A stretch of 64,000 nucleotides of DNA from Candidatus Woesearchaeota archaeon (GTDB lineage Archaea; Nanobdellota; Nanobdellia; Woesearchaeales; ARS49). The position numbers and the translations under genes were made by a program. Below the pieces are notes generated by a model. That model was not told where the DNA came from. It saw nothing but the letters and a program-made list of their open reading frames with translations, and made no database searches. Below, one piece after another: positions 26,749 through 36,746 of the stretch (positions within the stretch are counted from its first letter, which is position 1; the number at the start of each line of letters is the position of its first letter). The DNA is taken from positions 74,305 to 138,304 of the forward strand of contig JACRKG010000054.1 of the NCBI GenBank assembly GCA_016215315.1, written 5' to 3'.

Positions 26749-28194
26749 TTGCTTGGGATGGAACTAAAAAAGGTCGATTGGTTATTGATAATCCAAGTAT
26801 TATCAACTCTTTTGAGAATGTATGGTGCTGCGTTAGCTATTCCTACAGTTGTTGCTTTATTATTGGGTGATATTAGTCAGGCAATTTCTTATTTTTTTAC
26901 GGGAATCATTATTTTTGCAGGTACTTCAGGAGTACTTTTTTTGTTAGAAGATATTTTAGAATTTCACGAAGTTAGATTAAAACACGCAATTATTTGTTTA
27001 GCACTTGCGTGGATTCTTGTTTCTTTAATTTCAACTATTCCTTTCCTTCAATCAGGAATGTCTTTCATTAATTCTTTCTTTGAATCTTTCTCAGGATGGA
27101 CTGGCACGGGTCTTTCAATGATTCCAGATCCTTCTAAAGTTCCCGCATCACTTAATTTTTTTAGAGGTTTTATACAATGGGTTGGAGGTTTTGGAATAAT
27201 TATTTTAGCGTTATTAGTTTATGCAAAGCCAACAACTGCAAAAAGATTATTCTCAGCAGAAGGAAGATCTGAAAACTTTCTTTTAGATTTTAAAAAAATT
27301 GCAAGAATTGTAGTGGCAATTTTTTCATTCTATACATTTCTAGGTATAATTGCTTTAACGATTTCAGGAGTTCCTTTTTTTGACGCAATAGTGCATACAA
27401 TGTCAACAATTTCAACAGGAGGATTTTCTTCTAATTCTGTTGGCATAGGACTTTATGGTGTTTGGCCTATGCTTATTGCGATTATTCTTATGATAATAGG
27501 TTCAACTAGTTTTAACAACCATTATGATATATTAAGAGGCAATTACAAAAAATTTTTTAAGAATCCTGAAGTTATATTCATGTTTTTTTTAATTTTTGTT
27601 TCTGCAATCATAATTTTTGGTGAAATTTGGTTTATGAAAGCAAAATTCTTTTATGATGCTTTTTTTTATATTTTTTCTGCAATGTCAGGAACTGGCGCGG
27701 GTACTCCTTTAGCAATGTCTACTTTCAATTCTGTATCTATCATAGTGCTAATTTTTTTAATGATTTCGGGAACTTGTTACGGTTCAACTTCAGGAGCAGT
27801 AAAATTATGGCGTATATTGATTGTAGGAAAAATTATTAGGAGAGAAATCGTTAGAAACTTTTTGCCAGAACACGCAATCATTCCAATAAAAATTGGTGAT
27901 CAAAATATAAGTGATGATCAAGCACTAAAAGTAACTGCATACACGTTATTATACATATCGGTCCTTTTTATTGGGAGTATGATTTTTATGCTTTCAGGAT
28001 ATAAAGCACTTCATTCAATTTTTATAGTTGCATCAGCACAGGGAAATGTTGGATTAAATATTTTACCCGATGCAGTTTATTATGGAATGAATCCTTTGCT
28101 AAAATTATTGCTTGCTTTTCACATGCTTTTAGGAAGAATAGAGATATTTCCTTTTTTAATACTGCTAAGAAGCGTTATGCCTGGTAATAAGTAA
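26749..28194 (+). CDS. trkH: TrkH/KtrB-family cation (K+) transporter
   Basis: A polytopic membrane protein with selectivity-filter-like motifs SGWTGTGLS and MSTISTGGFSS. Confidence 0.6.
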   Translation: MLGMELKKVDWLLIIQVLSTLLRMYGAALAIPTVVALLLGDISQAISYFFTGIIIFAGTSGVLFLLEDILEFHEVRLKHAIICLALAWILVSLISTIPFLQSGMSFINSFFESFSGWTGTGLSMIPDPSKVPASLNFFRGFIQWVGGFGIIILALLVYAKPTTAKRLFSAEGRSENFLLDFKKIARIVVAIFSFYTFLGIIALTISGVPFFDAIVHTMSTISTGGFSSNSVGIGLYGVWPMLIAIILMIIGSTSFNNHYDILRGNYKKFFKNPEVIFMFFLIFVSAIIIFGEIWFMKAKFFYDAFFYIFSAMSGTGAGTPLAMSTFNSVSIIVLIFLMISGTCYGSTSGAVKLWRILIVGKIIRREIVRNFLPEHAIIPIKIGDQNISDDQALKVTAYTLLYISVLFIGSMIFMLSGYKALHSIFIVASAQGNVGLNILPDAVYYGMNPLLKLLLAFHMLLGRIEIFPFLILLRSVMPGNK

Positions 28195-28266
28195 AAAGGC
28201 TAATCCCGAAGGGTTTCTTAAAGTTTTTTGGGAAATTTTTTAAATAGGTGCTAATTTAGATCAGTT

Positions 28267-28917
28267 ATGCATATAGTAATCTTAGGATCATCATTGTTTG
28301 CCAAAGAATTGGCAAAAGAATTAAGTGGAAATGAGCACAAAGTATTTATAGTTATAAAAGATAAAGACACAGCAGTAACAATGAGCACTGAAAATAGTAA
28401 TATTGTGGTTGTTAATGCCGATCCTTCAAAACAAGCAACTCTTGATGAGTTAGATTTACAAAATTGTGATGCGCTTGTTGCTGCAACTGAAAAAGAAGAA
28501 GTTAATGTTTTAGCTTGTTTGTATGCTAAAAATAAGGGCGTCAAAAAATTACATGCAAGAACTGTAAATCCCGATACTCTAGAATTATTAAATGCAATAG
28601 AAATTAAAGGTTTGAACCCCGAAATTACTGCAGCTCACGACATAACACTTCACTTGAATAAACCATTAGTTGCTGAATTAGTTGAGACTCATGCAGGGGA
28701 TTATAATATAATGCAAACTCCCGTTTCAGATTATAAAAACCTAGTCGGAAAAAAATTAAGTTTATTGCACGGAGATTTCTTTGTAGTATTAACATTCTAT
28801 TCAGGCAAAGACTTTATTTTTGGAGCAGATAAAGAAGTTAAAGAAGATTCAACGCTAATAATAATGTACAAAAAAAATAAAGAGAAAGAACTTTCTAAAG
28901 CACTAAAAAGCCTATAA
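28267..28917 (+). CDS. trkA: TrkA-N / RCK-domain regulatory subunit (putative)
   Basis: N-terminal IVILGSSLFAKELAKEL Rossmann-like motif; adjacent to trkH. Confidence 0.45.
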   Translation: MHIVILGSSLFAKELAKELSGNEHKVFIVIKDKDTAVTMSTENSNIVVVNADPSKQATLDELDLQNCDALVAATEKEEVNVLACLYAKNKGVKKLHARTVNPDTLELLNAIEIKGLNPEITAAHDITLHLNKPLVAELVETHAGDYNIMQTPVSDYKNLVGKKLSLLHGDFFVVLTFYSGKDFIFGADKEVKEDSTLIIMYKKNKEKELSKALKSL

Positions 28918-28987
28918 AAATTTTCTTTCAGAAAATTTCCACCAGAACAATATTTACTCCCGTTTTATAAACCTCCAGAGATTTAAT

Positions 28988-29530
28988 ATGATGATGCAGC
29001 TACCATTTAAGTTAGAAAATGTTTTTGAAAGAAAAATAGCCCGAGATACAGAGTGGGTAGAAGGAATTTTTTGGGGTGAGCCTAGAGAAGGACATCCTGA
29101 AGGAATAGTGGCAGCTCATGTTAAAGAAGTTCTAGATAACATAGATAAATTAGGTGTTGATAAAAAAATTCGTGAAGATCTGAGAATTATTGCATTAATT
29201 CATGATGCGTTTAAGTATAAAGTTGATGAAAGTAAAAAAAGAATTGGAGAAAACCATCACGGTACTATTGCTAGAAGGTTTGCAGAAAAATATGTTACAA
29301 ATCCAGAAATCTTGAATGTTGTTTCTTTACATGATGAAGCGTATCATGCTTGGATTAAAGGAAAAAGACATGATGATTGGAGACAAGCCGAAATAGACGC
29401 ACAAAAATTAATAAAATGCATAAAAAACATTAAACTTTATCTATTATTTTATGATTGCGATAATAATACTGGTGACAAAACAAGAGAAAGCTATGTTTGG
29501 TTTAAAGAACTTGTTGCAAATAATCATTAA
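28988..29530 (+). CDS. HD-domain phosphohydrolase
   Basis: H...HD pattern: GHPEGIVAAH and LIHDAF. Confidence 0.5.
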   Translation: MMMQLPFKLENVFERKIARDTEWVEGIFWGEPREGHPEGIVAAHVKEVLDNIDKLGVDKKIREDLRIIALIHDAFKYKVDESKKRIGENHHGTIARRFAEKYVTNPEILNVVSLHDEAYHAWIKGKRHDDWRQAEIDAQKLIKCIKNIKLYLLFYDCDNNTGDKTRESYVWFKELVANNH

Positions 29531-29551
29531 TTTCATTTTAATCAATCACTA

Positions 29552-29815
29552 TTATTTTTCTAAGTATGTTTTTCTTCTGTATCGTTCTAATAAATCAACT
29601 AGTAATTTATATCTGGGAGAATTGTATAATTCTCTCAAACTTTCTGATGTGAAATTTTTTCCTTGTTTTAAGGGTTGATCTATTCTACGCCAAACTTCAA
29701 AATAATCAACAGACTCGGCAATTAACTTTTCAACTTCACCAACATGTTCTTGTTCAGCATCAGATAAACTAGAAAAATCAATTTTTTCTCCAGATAACAA
29801 TTCATATTCTTTCAT
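29552..29815 (-). CDS. Small hypothetical protein
   Basis: ORF only. Confidence 0.3.
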   Translation of the reverse strand: MKEYELLSGEKIDFSSLSDAEQEHVGEVEKLIAESVDYFEVWRRIDQPLKQGKNFTSESLRELYNSPRYKLLVDLLERYRRKTYLEK

Positions 29816-29838
29816 CTTTCGAGAGAGATTTCAATTTT

Positions 29839-30585
29839 TTAATCGTTTTCTACTCTTGGAGCAAGAATAAAGCTTAGTAATAATTTGTCCATTACTTTAT
29901 ATTCTATCTTTAATGGATAATCTTGGTTTAAATAAATATGTACTTCGCTGCTTAGTTTGCTTGCATTCATCATTTTTTTTAGGTATTCTAAAGAAAATCT
30001 TGATTTTACGTCAGCTTTTGTTTCAGACTTTATTTTGGTTATGTCATCTGCAGGAATGCTAATGTGTGCATTACTTGTGTCTCCTGCTGCTGATACTGTG
30101 AATCTTTCAGGCTCGACAGATAATGTTACACTTTCTGAAATGATGCTTGAATCTTCTATTGCTTCGTTTAATACGTCGCTTCTTGTTGAAACAACTATTG
30201 GAAAACTAAGATTTGGAACTCTTTGTTCGCCCTCTCCTAAGTCTAACAATGGTAAGTGGAATGTTCTTGTTGCACCGGACTTTAATTGAACTTTTAACTT
30301 ATTATCTCCGCCCGCTTCAAGAACTAATTGATCATTTGCTTTAGCTCTTTTAAGTACTTGCTTGAGATTTGCTAAGTTTAAACAGAGCTCTTTTTTATCT
30401 CCGACTTTAAATTCAGAAAAATTACTGGCTAACAACTTAAAAATGACCATTGCAACGTTTGCTGGATCCATAGCCACCAATTCTAAACCTTCATCAGTAA
30501 CGCTGAATTTTGCCTCGTTGACTAAGTCAGAAATGACTGTAATACTGTCCTTTAAGTAAGTAGGATCATTTAATACTAACCTCAT
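29839..30585 (-). CDS. pcn: DNA polymerase sliding clamp PCNA
   Basis: DLVNEAKFSVTDEGLELVAMDPANVAMVIFKL matches the PCNA N-terminal pattern; the length is about 248 aa. Confidence 0.75.
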   Translation of the reverse strand: MRLVLNDPTYLKDSITVISDLVNEAKFSVTDEGLELVAMDPANVAMVIFKLLASNFSEFKVGDKKELCLNLANLKQVLKRAKANDQLVLEAGGDNKLKVQLKSGATRTFHLPLLDLGEGEQRVPNLSFPIVVSTRSDVLNEAIEDSSIISESVTLSVEPERFTVSAAGDTSNAHISIPADDITKIKSETKADVKSRFSLEYLKKMMNASKLSSEVHIYLNQDYPLKIEYKVMDKLLLSFILAPRVEND

Positions 30586-30635
30586 TTAAAACCCCTCCTA
30601 AACATAACAAATACGATCTAATATAAAAAGTTTAT

Positions 30636-30724
30636 TAGTTTACAGAACTGGTTTGAAGTTTAAAGTTTGTAGTTTATAGGACGTCCTATAAACTGTAAAC
30701 TACAAACTATGAACTATAAACTAG
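30636..30724. repeat. Heptad-palindrome element, copy 8 (long, 89 bp)
   Basis: tagtttacagaactggtttgaagtttaaagtttgtagtttataggacgtcctataaactgtaaactacaaactatgaactataaactag. Confidence 0.8.
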
Positions 30725-30772
30725 TTGTTTTGTATGGAAATGTTTATAAAAATAGTAAGTAAAAGCACATTA

Positions 30773-31240
30773 ATGAAAAGAAGGGGAGATATTAGTTTAG
30801 AATACTTAGTTGGGCTAGTAATGGTTTTACTTATTTTAGTTGCTTTAATAAGTTTTTATGATGACATAAAAACAGCAATACAAAGTACTTTCTTTAAAGA
30901 AAAATCAATAGCAGAACAAGACATGGAACGATTAATGAAAGAAATTGATACATTAAGCTCCAATGAAAGATTAGAAATTTATGCTAATGGAAATGATTAC
31001 ACAATAGCGTTATACGCTTCAACTGATGCTCCGAAAGAATGCGGAGGTTATTCTTGCGCTTGCATTAAAGAAAAAGAAAAATTACAAAAATGCGAACCAA
31101 TAACTAAAGAATGCCCACCAAACACTTTGTGCATTTTGGAGTCTAGTGTTTTTGAAGTAATTCACAAAGAAGGTGAAGGAAGAGTGGTAATTCCTTTATG
31201 CGCTGTTGGTAACTCTGTAAAGCTGGGTGGAGAATGCTAA
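30773..31240 (+). CDS. Type IV pilin-like protein with a class III signal peptide
   Basis: MKRRG|DISLEYLVGLVMVLLILVALI has a G at -1 and E at +5, followed by a hydrophobic stretch. The ORF-track start at 30725 is probably too long. Confidence 0.55.
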   Translation: MKRRGDISLEYLVGLVMVLLILVALISFYDDIKTAIQSTFFKEKSIAEQDMERLMKEIDTLSSNERLEIYANGNDYTIALYASTDAPKECGGYSCACIKEKEKLQKCEPITKECPPNTLCILESSVFEVIHKEGEGRVVIPLCAVGNSVKLGGEC

Positions 31241-32325
31241 ACAAAAAAGGCAGAGAAAATTCATTGCACAAATTTTCTGGTCTTTTTTTGAACTCAAAAA
31301 AAGGTGATGTTCCTAGCTTTGTACTAACACCAACTTTTCGAACATTACTTGCATTAGGAGTTGTACTTCTAACATTATTATATTTTGTCAACGGAATAGG
31401 CGGCAACACTAAATTCGAAAGACAATATTACTCGAGAGATATTGCATTACTAATCGATACTGTGCTTTCTTTACCAGGAAATTCAAATATTCTTTATTCT
31501 TATGACAAACCAGAATCAGAAACAAAATTTACATTAAAAGTAGACAAAGAAAAAGTTACTATGAAAGACGTAGGAGAAAATTATTTTCCTTATTTTTTAA
31601 AAAAAGACACTAATTTTGAACCAGTAACAATAGAACCTTCAGAACCAAATATCATAAAAATAATTAAGAGCGGAAATAATTTACTCATCAAAAATGTTTT
31701 GGAAAAAAGATTTCCAGACGAATTAAATTGCTACAAACCAAAAGAAAGCATTAATTCGGTAATAATTGATGCAATGCATTTATCAAATCCCAACTCAGAA
31801 TTTCACAATCCAGGAAATTCTTACGCGGGAATCTCTGAAGCAGACTTAACTTTAAAGTTAGGTAAAGCAATAAAAAATTCTGCAACAGATATAACAATAG
31901 AAGAGACAAGATTTCTAGAAAGAGCAACCGAAGGAAAACAAGCAAACATGGATGCACCAATAAGTTTGCTAGATAGAATTGCAAAAATTAAATCCTCAAA
32001 AGCACAACTACTATTATCTTTGAAATTTGGAGATTACGATGAAAAATTCTACTTAAAAGCCTATGTTAGCCCACAAAATTATGAAAAAAGTTATGCGATT
32101 GCTTGCCAAGTGCTTAATAGCATAGGAAAAAAGTTATACGAAAACGATAAAAAAATTGATGGGCTTGTCATAATTCCGTTAAACCCTGAACACACTAGCA
32201 GTGAAGATGATGCAGTTATTCAAGAAAAAGATGGATTAATACTTGAAGCAGGTAGTGTAAGAAATCCGCCTAATGACGCAGAAATGATCCTTATAGCACA
32301 AGCAATTGTTGAGGGACTAAAATGA
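31234..32325 (+). CDS. Pilin-like or secreted protein with a conserved extended N-terminal leader (...KFSGLFLNSKKG|DVPSF...)
   Basis: The ATG overlaps the upstream stop. The leader is shared with 33180..34109 at both protein and DNA level. Confidence 0.45.
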   Translation: MLNKKGRENSLHKFSGLFLNSKKGDVPSFVLTPTFRTLLALGVVLLTLLYFVNGIGGNTKFERQYYSRDIALLIDTVLSLPGNSNILYSYDKPESETKFTLKVDKEKVTMKDVGENYFPYFLKKDTNFEPVTIEPSEPNIIKIIKSGNNLLIKNVLEKRFPDELNCYKPKESINSVIIDAMHLSNPNSEFHNPGNSYAGISEADLTLKLGKAIKNSATDITIEETRFLERATEGKQANMDAPISLLDRIAKIKSSKAQLLLSLKFGDYDEKFYLKAYVSPQNYEKSYAIACQVLNSIGKKLYENDKKIDGLVIIPLNPEHTSSEDDAVIQEKDGLILEAGSVRNPPNDAEMILIAQAIVEGLK

Positions 32326-32792
32326 AATACGACCGTTTTAGTATTCTAAAATCAAAAAAAGGCGCACTAAGTGAAGAAGCAGTATATATTGTGGTTTGTT
32401 TTGTTGTAACCTCCTTAATATTTGCGGGAATTTACTTAATCCCAGAAAATACTTTAAAATATTCTTTAGAAACAAACAATTTAGAAAACCAAATTTATAA
32501 CGAAAGAATTTATAACGAAATAAGTAACACAGAATTGTACACGAAAAGACTGCAAAAAGGAATAATAACTAATTTTAATTCAGATGTCTTGCAAAATTCT
32601 TTCAACGAAAATAAAAAAATAGGTTTCCGGCTAGAAATTAGTGGTAATGAAATATTTTTTAATCAAGAATTTTTTGAGTACGCAAAACCACTAACCCCGA
32701 TAAGATTCAAAGCATTTGAACAAAAAAGAAACGTTGTTTTCAAAGGACAAAACGTTTTACAAATAGAACAGGTCTATGATGATCAACAATAA
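32322..32792 (+). CDS. Type IV pilin-like protein with a class III signal peptide
   Basis: KSKKG|ALSEEAVYIVVCFVVTSLIFAGIYLI has an E at +5. Confidence 0.5.
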   Translation: MKYDRFSILKSKKGALSEEAVYIVVCFVVTSLIFAGIYLIPENTLKYSLETNNLENQIYNERIYNEISNTELYTKRLQKGIITNFNSDVLQNSFNENKKIGFRLEISGNEIFFNQEFFEYAKPLTPIRFKAFEQKRNVVFKGQNVLQIEQVYDDQQ

Positions 32793-33183
32793 AAAAGCAG
32801 AAGTAGGATGGTTGTTTTCGTTTATAATAGTTGTATGTCTACTATTAATATTATTTTTAGGTGTTTATTTGGGTTTATCATCTGTTTTTGAAAGCAAAGG
32901 TAATAAAATAGAAGTTAAAACAATTAATTATGAGAATCAACAACAAATGCTTTCATTATTTACTGTTCCAACAGTAAGAGATCTACTTAATGATAGAACT
33001 CCTAGATTTAAAGAAGCAGTTAAAAGTGTTTACGGAAAAGACGCGCAATGCAAACTTACAATAGACGAGTTAGAAAAAGATGTTGGATGCCAGAAAATAA
33101 AAAAAATACCTCAAAAAATAGAATTAACATTTCCAAGAAATTATGGCGAAGATGCAAAAATAACTTTTGAGGTAGTTTCATGA
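32776..33183 (+). CDS. Small membrane-anchored, possibly pilin-like, protein
   Basis: NKKAEVGWLFSFIIVVCLLLILFLGV. Confidence 0.4.
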   Translation: MMINNKKAEVGWLFSFIIVVCLLLILFLGVYLGLSSVFESKGNKIEVKTINYENQQQMLSLFTVPTVRDLLNDRTPRFKEAVKSVYGKDAQCKLTIDELEKDVGCQKIKKIPQKIELTFPRNYGEDAKITFEVVS

Positions 33184-34109
33184 AAAACAGAAAATTGTCA
33201 CATTCAAGAAAAGGCAGCGAAAATTCACTTCGTAAATTTTCTGGTCTTTTTTTGTGCTCAAAAAAAGGAATAGAATACTTAACACTAATGATTCCAGTAT
33301 TAATGATAGTTACTGGATTCTTGATTTATGAAGTAATGATTAAAGTAAATGCACAAGACCTCACTATGGGAGAATATTCGGCAGCATTACTAAATATTAA
33401 TGATCAAGCAAGCAAAGACTTACTATCTTTAGATTTTATTGTGGAAAAAGCAGCTAGAAATGCACTTTACAGATTAGCACAAAATAACGGTTTACCTTTA
33501 GGAACTAGTTGTGGAACGGCAAAAGATTACAAATTATGGAATGATGAAAAAAATTCTAAAAAAATGTGCACTAAAAGCATTCACGAAAATTATGCAGAAT
33601 ACTTAAACATAGAAATAAACAAGTACTTACCTGAAGATAAAAAAACAAACTTTGAGTTTTACATAACTGATGACAGTATTCATGGAGTAGCACTAGAAAA
33701 TTGGAATTATCCATTATTCTTACCAGAAAAAAAAGTTAGCGCAACATTCATGGGCATAACTGTTTTTGACGAAAAAGTAGGAAGCCCGAAATTCGGAGAA
33801 TACACGATAAAACCATCATTCAAAGTAGATTTTCCTAATGAACTAAATAATTTAGAAAAATTAAGAACAAACATAGAAAAAATGGCAATATTCTGTTCAG
33901 ATAGAGAATACAAGACTACAGAATCATTAGAAAACTGCACAGAACAATTCCCGCTAGAATTCGGTAAAGTATCAGTGCAAAAATCAAGAAGCAACAACAT
34001 ATTCTATTTTGACGTAAACTCAGACATGAGCTCATTAAATGAAGAAATAAAAATAAACTTTAAATTCGCAATACAAATACCTTGGACAAAGAGCGAGGAT
34101 GAGAAATAA
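33180..34109 (+). CDS. Pilin-like or secreted protein with the conserved extended leader (...KFSGLFLCSKKG|IEYLTLMIPVLMIV)
   Basis: ATGA overlap with the upstream gene; leader conserved with 31234..32325. Confidence 0.45.
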   Translation: MKNRKLSHSRKGSENSLRKFSGLFLCSKKGIEYLTLMIPVLMIVTGFLIYEVMIKVNAQDLTMGEYSAALLNINDQASKDLLSLDFIVEKAARNALYRLAQNNGLPLGTSCGTAKDYKLWNDEKNSKKMCTKSIHENYAEYLNIEINKYLPEDKKTNFEFYITDDSIHGVALENWNYPLFLPEKKVSATFMGITVFDEKVGSPKFGEYTIKPSFKVDFPNELNNLEKLRTNIEKMAIFCSDREYKTTESLENCTEQFPLEFGKVSVQKSRSNNIFYFDVNSDMSSLNEEIKINFKFAIQIPWTKSEDEK

Positions 34110-34891
34110 TGTGGCCGTTTAAGACAGAAAAAACATTAAAAGATTATGTTGAACAAATAATAGCGCTAGCGAAGCAAGCAAAAACAGAAATAGAAAAAGC
34201 AGAAAATGGAGAAAAATACAGTTTAGAAGTTATTGATGGACTACTTGTAACAATAGAACAGTTTAGCGATGAAGAAATTGAACAAGCAAGAAAAGATGTT
34301 AGCACTGTTAGTTTATTAGAAAAATGCAAATCAGTGAAAGAACTAGCGAAACAAGCAAAAAAAGATATTGATGCAGATTATAATTTTGAAAAAGCAAAAC
34401 AATTAACAGACCAAATATTGATCTTGGAAAGCCAGATTCTAGAAGCACCGCAAATAAGATATATTCCCTCAAAACAATTAGGAAAAATATTAAAATATTC
34501 ACCTAAAGAAGCACTAGATAAAGGGATATTATTTAGAGGGGTTAATCAATTAATTTATAAAAAATTAATGAATGGAGAACCTTTGACTGCAAGAAATCCT
34601 GATGCAGAGCCCACCTCAGAAAGCTTACTAAAACACATAATGGGCCATGGAAGTTCTAATAGCCCATTCATTTCTCTTACTACTGATGTAATTGCTGCAA
34701 AGAGTTTCGGACAAGTGATTGTAATAAAGAAAGATGCTTTAAGAGGACACTTGATGGGTGCTGATGAGATTGAAAGAAAAATAGGGGGAGAAACAATAGC
34801 TAAAAGATTTATGAAAAAAAATACTGAGTTTATTCTAGCACCGACAAAAAAAGAAAAAGCAATGATACCTGTAGAAGCAATTATGAAGTAA
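34109..34891 (+). CDS. Hypothetical soluble protein, last gene of the pilin-like operon
   Basis: Translational coupling (TAATG at 34106-34111); no motif recognised. Confidence 0.4.
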   Translation: MWPFKTEKTLKDYVEQIIALAKQAKTEIEKAENGEKYSLEVIDGLLVTIEQFSDEEIEQARKDVSTVSLLEKCKSVKELAKQAKKDIDADYNFEKAKQLTDQILILESQILEAPQIRYIPSKQLGKILKYSPKEALDKGILFRGVNQLIYKKLMNGEPLTARNPDAEPTSESLLKHIMGHGSSNSPFISLTTDVIAAKSFGQVIVIKKDALRGHLMGADEIERKIGGETIAKRFMKKNTEFILAPTKKEKAMIPVEAIMK

Positions 34892-34916
34892 ATTTTAATT
34901 TGTATGATTGTTTAGT

Positions 34917-35330
34917 TTAATTATGTAATTCTTTAACCAATTCTTCAACACGACTTTCTAGTTCATCAGAAGATACATCAGGTCTAGAAGATGCAAGACT
35001 TTTACTTGTTCTGTACTCATTCAAAGCTAACTTTTTGAAAGTTCTATTTTTAGTACTTTTGTATTTAGTTGCATAACATTGCGCTAATAAAAAATGAACA
35101 TCAAAATGGGCATAAAAAAATTCCAATGCTTTTGTTGCATGTTGAATCGCCAAATCAAGCTTGTGAATTCTTTTATCACTTAAAAATTCATTAAACTGAC
35201 AAACAGCAAGACCATATCGTATATTAAAACCATCTTCAAATTCCAAACAATGAACTAATTTGCCTTTAGCACTAAGATAATCTTCATTACTTATGGCCTC
35301 ATAAGCTTGTTCAATATAATCAGATAACAT
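34917..35330 (-). CDS. Hypothetical helical protein
   Basis: ORF only. Confidence 0.35.
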   Translation of the reverse strand: MLSDYIEQAYEAISNEDYLSAKGKLVHCLEFEDGFNIRYGLAVCQFNEFLSDKRIHKLDLAIQHATKALEFFYAHFDVHFLLAQCYATKYKSTKNRTFKKLALNEYRTSKSLASSRPDVSSDELESRVEELVKELHN

Positions 35331-35386
35331 AAAATAATTAAAAGAACTAGTTTTAAATATCTATGTGTCGAATAATATTACTAACT

Positions 35387-35454
35387 TAGTTTACAGTTTG
35401 TAGTTTGAGGTTTACGGGAAGTACTGTGAACTGCAAACCGTAAACTGTAAACTA
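35387..35454. repeat. Heptad-palindrome element, copy 9
   Basis: tagtttacagtttgtagtttgaggtttacgggaagtactgtgaactgcaaaccgtaaactgtaaactaa. Confidence 0.8.
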
Positions 35455-35514
35455 ATAATGTTGTTTTTAATCACATAAATTTTTATAAATCAATCAGAGC
35501 TTTAGCTTTTCGGG

Positions 35515-36516
35515 GTGGTAGTTTTGTTAAATCAAGATTTACAAGCAGTAATTAGTAAGATCAAAGAACAATCAGGACTTCCAGAGAAAGAAGTACTTCA
35601 AAAAATAGAAGAAAAACTAAACCAATTATCAGGACTAATTTCTAAAGAAGGAGCAGCAAACATTGTTGCAAATGAATTAGGCGTTAAACTCTTTGAAAAT
35701 TCAGGAAAAATAAAAGACATAAGCACAGGCCTAAGAAGCGTAGAAGTGCTAGGAAAAGTAACTGCCCTCTATAACATAACTGAATTTCCAAGACAAGACG
35801 GAACTAACGGAAAAGTAGGCAGTTTCATGATTGGTGACGAAACAGGAACAATGAGAATAGTCTGTTGGGGAACACAAGCAGACGTAATAAAACAATTAAG
35901 CGAAGGAAGTATAGTAAAAATAAAAGGCGGATACGTTAAAGAAAATAACAGAGGGTTCTTAGAAGTTCACATGAATGAAAGAGCAAAAATAGTCGTAGAT
36001 CCAAAAGGAGAAAAAGTAGAAACAGTAAGCAAAACTACTATCCCTGCAGTAGCAGAAAGAAAAAAACTCAACGAAATAACAGAAAACGATGCAAAAGTAG
36101 AAGTCTTCGGAACAGTAAGACAAGTATTTGACCCAGTATTCTTTGAAGTATGCCCAAAATGCGGCAAAAGAACCAAAGCAACAGAAGCAGGATACAACTG
36201 CCAAGAACACGGAAGCATAACTCCAGAATACAGATACGTAATGAACGTTTACTTAGATGACGGCCACGGAACAATAAGAGTAGTATTATTCCACGAACAA
36301 GCGCAAAAATTACTCAAAAAAACCAACCCAGAAATACTAGAGTACAGAACAAACCCAATGAACTTTGAAACAATAAAAAACGATTTATTGGGCGAACAAT
36401 ACAAATTCACGGGAAAAGTAAAAAAGAACGAAGTAATGAACAGAATAGAACTAGTAGCATACGACTTAAAACCAGGAAACCCAGAAGAAGAACTGGCAAA
36501 GTTGCAAAGTAGTTAG
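35515..36516 (+). CDS. rpa: Replication protein A-like ssDNA-binding protein (OB folds plus a zinc ribbon)
   Basis: Tandem OB-fold-like segments and CPKCGKRT...CQEHG. The stop codon TAG is the first triplet of a heptad element. Confidence 0.65.
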   Translation: MVVLLNQDLQAVISKIKEQSGLPEKEVLQKIEEKLNQLSGLISKEGAANIVANELGVKLFENSGKIKDISTGLRSVEVLGKVTALYNITEFPRQDGTNGKVGSFMIGDETGTMRIVCWGTQADVIKQLSEGSIVKIKGGYVKENNRGFLEVHMNERAKIVVDPKGEKVETVSKTTIPAVAERKKLNEITENDAKVEVFGTVRQVFDPVFFEVCPKCGKRTKATEAGYNCQEHGSITPEYRYVMNVYLDDGHGTIRVVLFHEQAQKLLKKTNPEILEYRTNPMNFETIKNDLLGEQYKFTGKVKKNEVMNRIELVAYDLKPGNPEEELAKLQSS

Positions 36517-36557
36517 TAGTTTACAGTTTACAGTTCATGGCTTGCAGTTTAAAGTTG
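36514..36557. repeat. Heptad element half-copy that overlaps the RPA stop codon
   Basis: tagttagtagtttacagtttacagttcatggcttgcagtttaaagttgg. Confidence 0.6.
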
Positions 36558-36568
36558 GAGTTTTCAGA

Positions 36569-36718
36569 TGAAAAAAATATTAAGCATTTTTTTAACAATT
36601 CTGTTAGTGATTAATATTCTATTATTCAGTTTCGGAAAAATAACTCCCTTCTATTTCTGGACAACAATAATAATTTGCGCAATAGCAGCTTATGTTGTTC
36701 TGCCGAAGATGAAGTAGA
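36569..36718 (+). CDS. Small membrane peptide (49 aa), speculative
   Basis: MKKILSIFLTILLVINILLFSFGK...; below the ORF-track size cutoff. Confidence 0.25.
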
Positions 36719-36746
36719 TAATTTCCGGATGTCTAAATGTTGCTGA

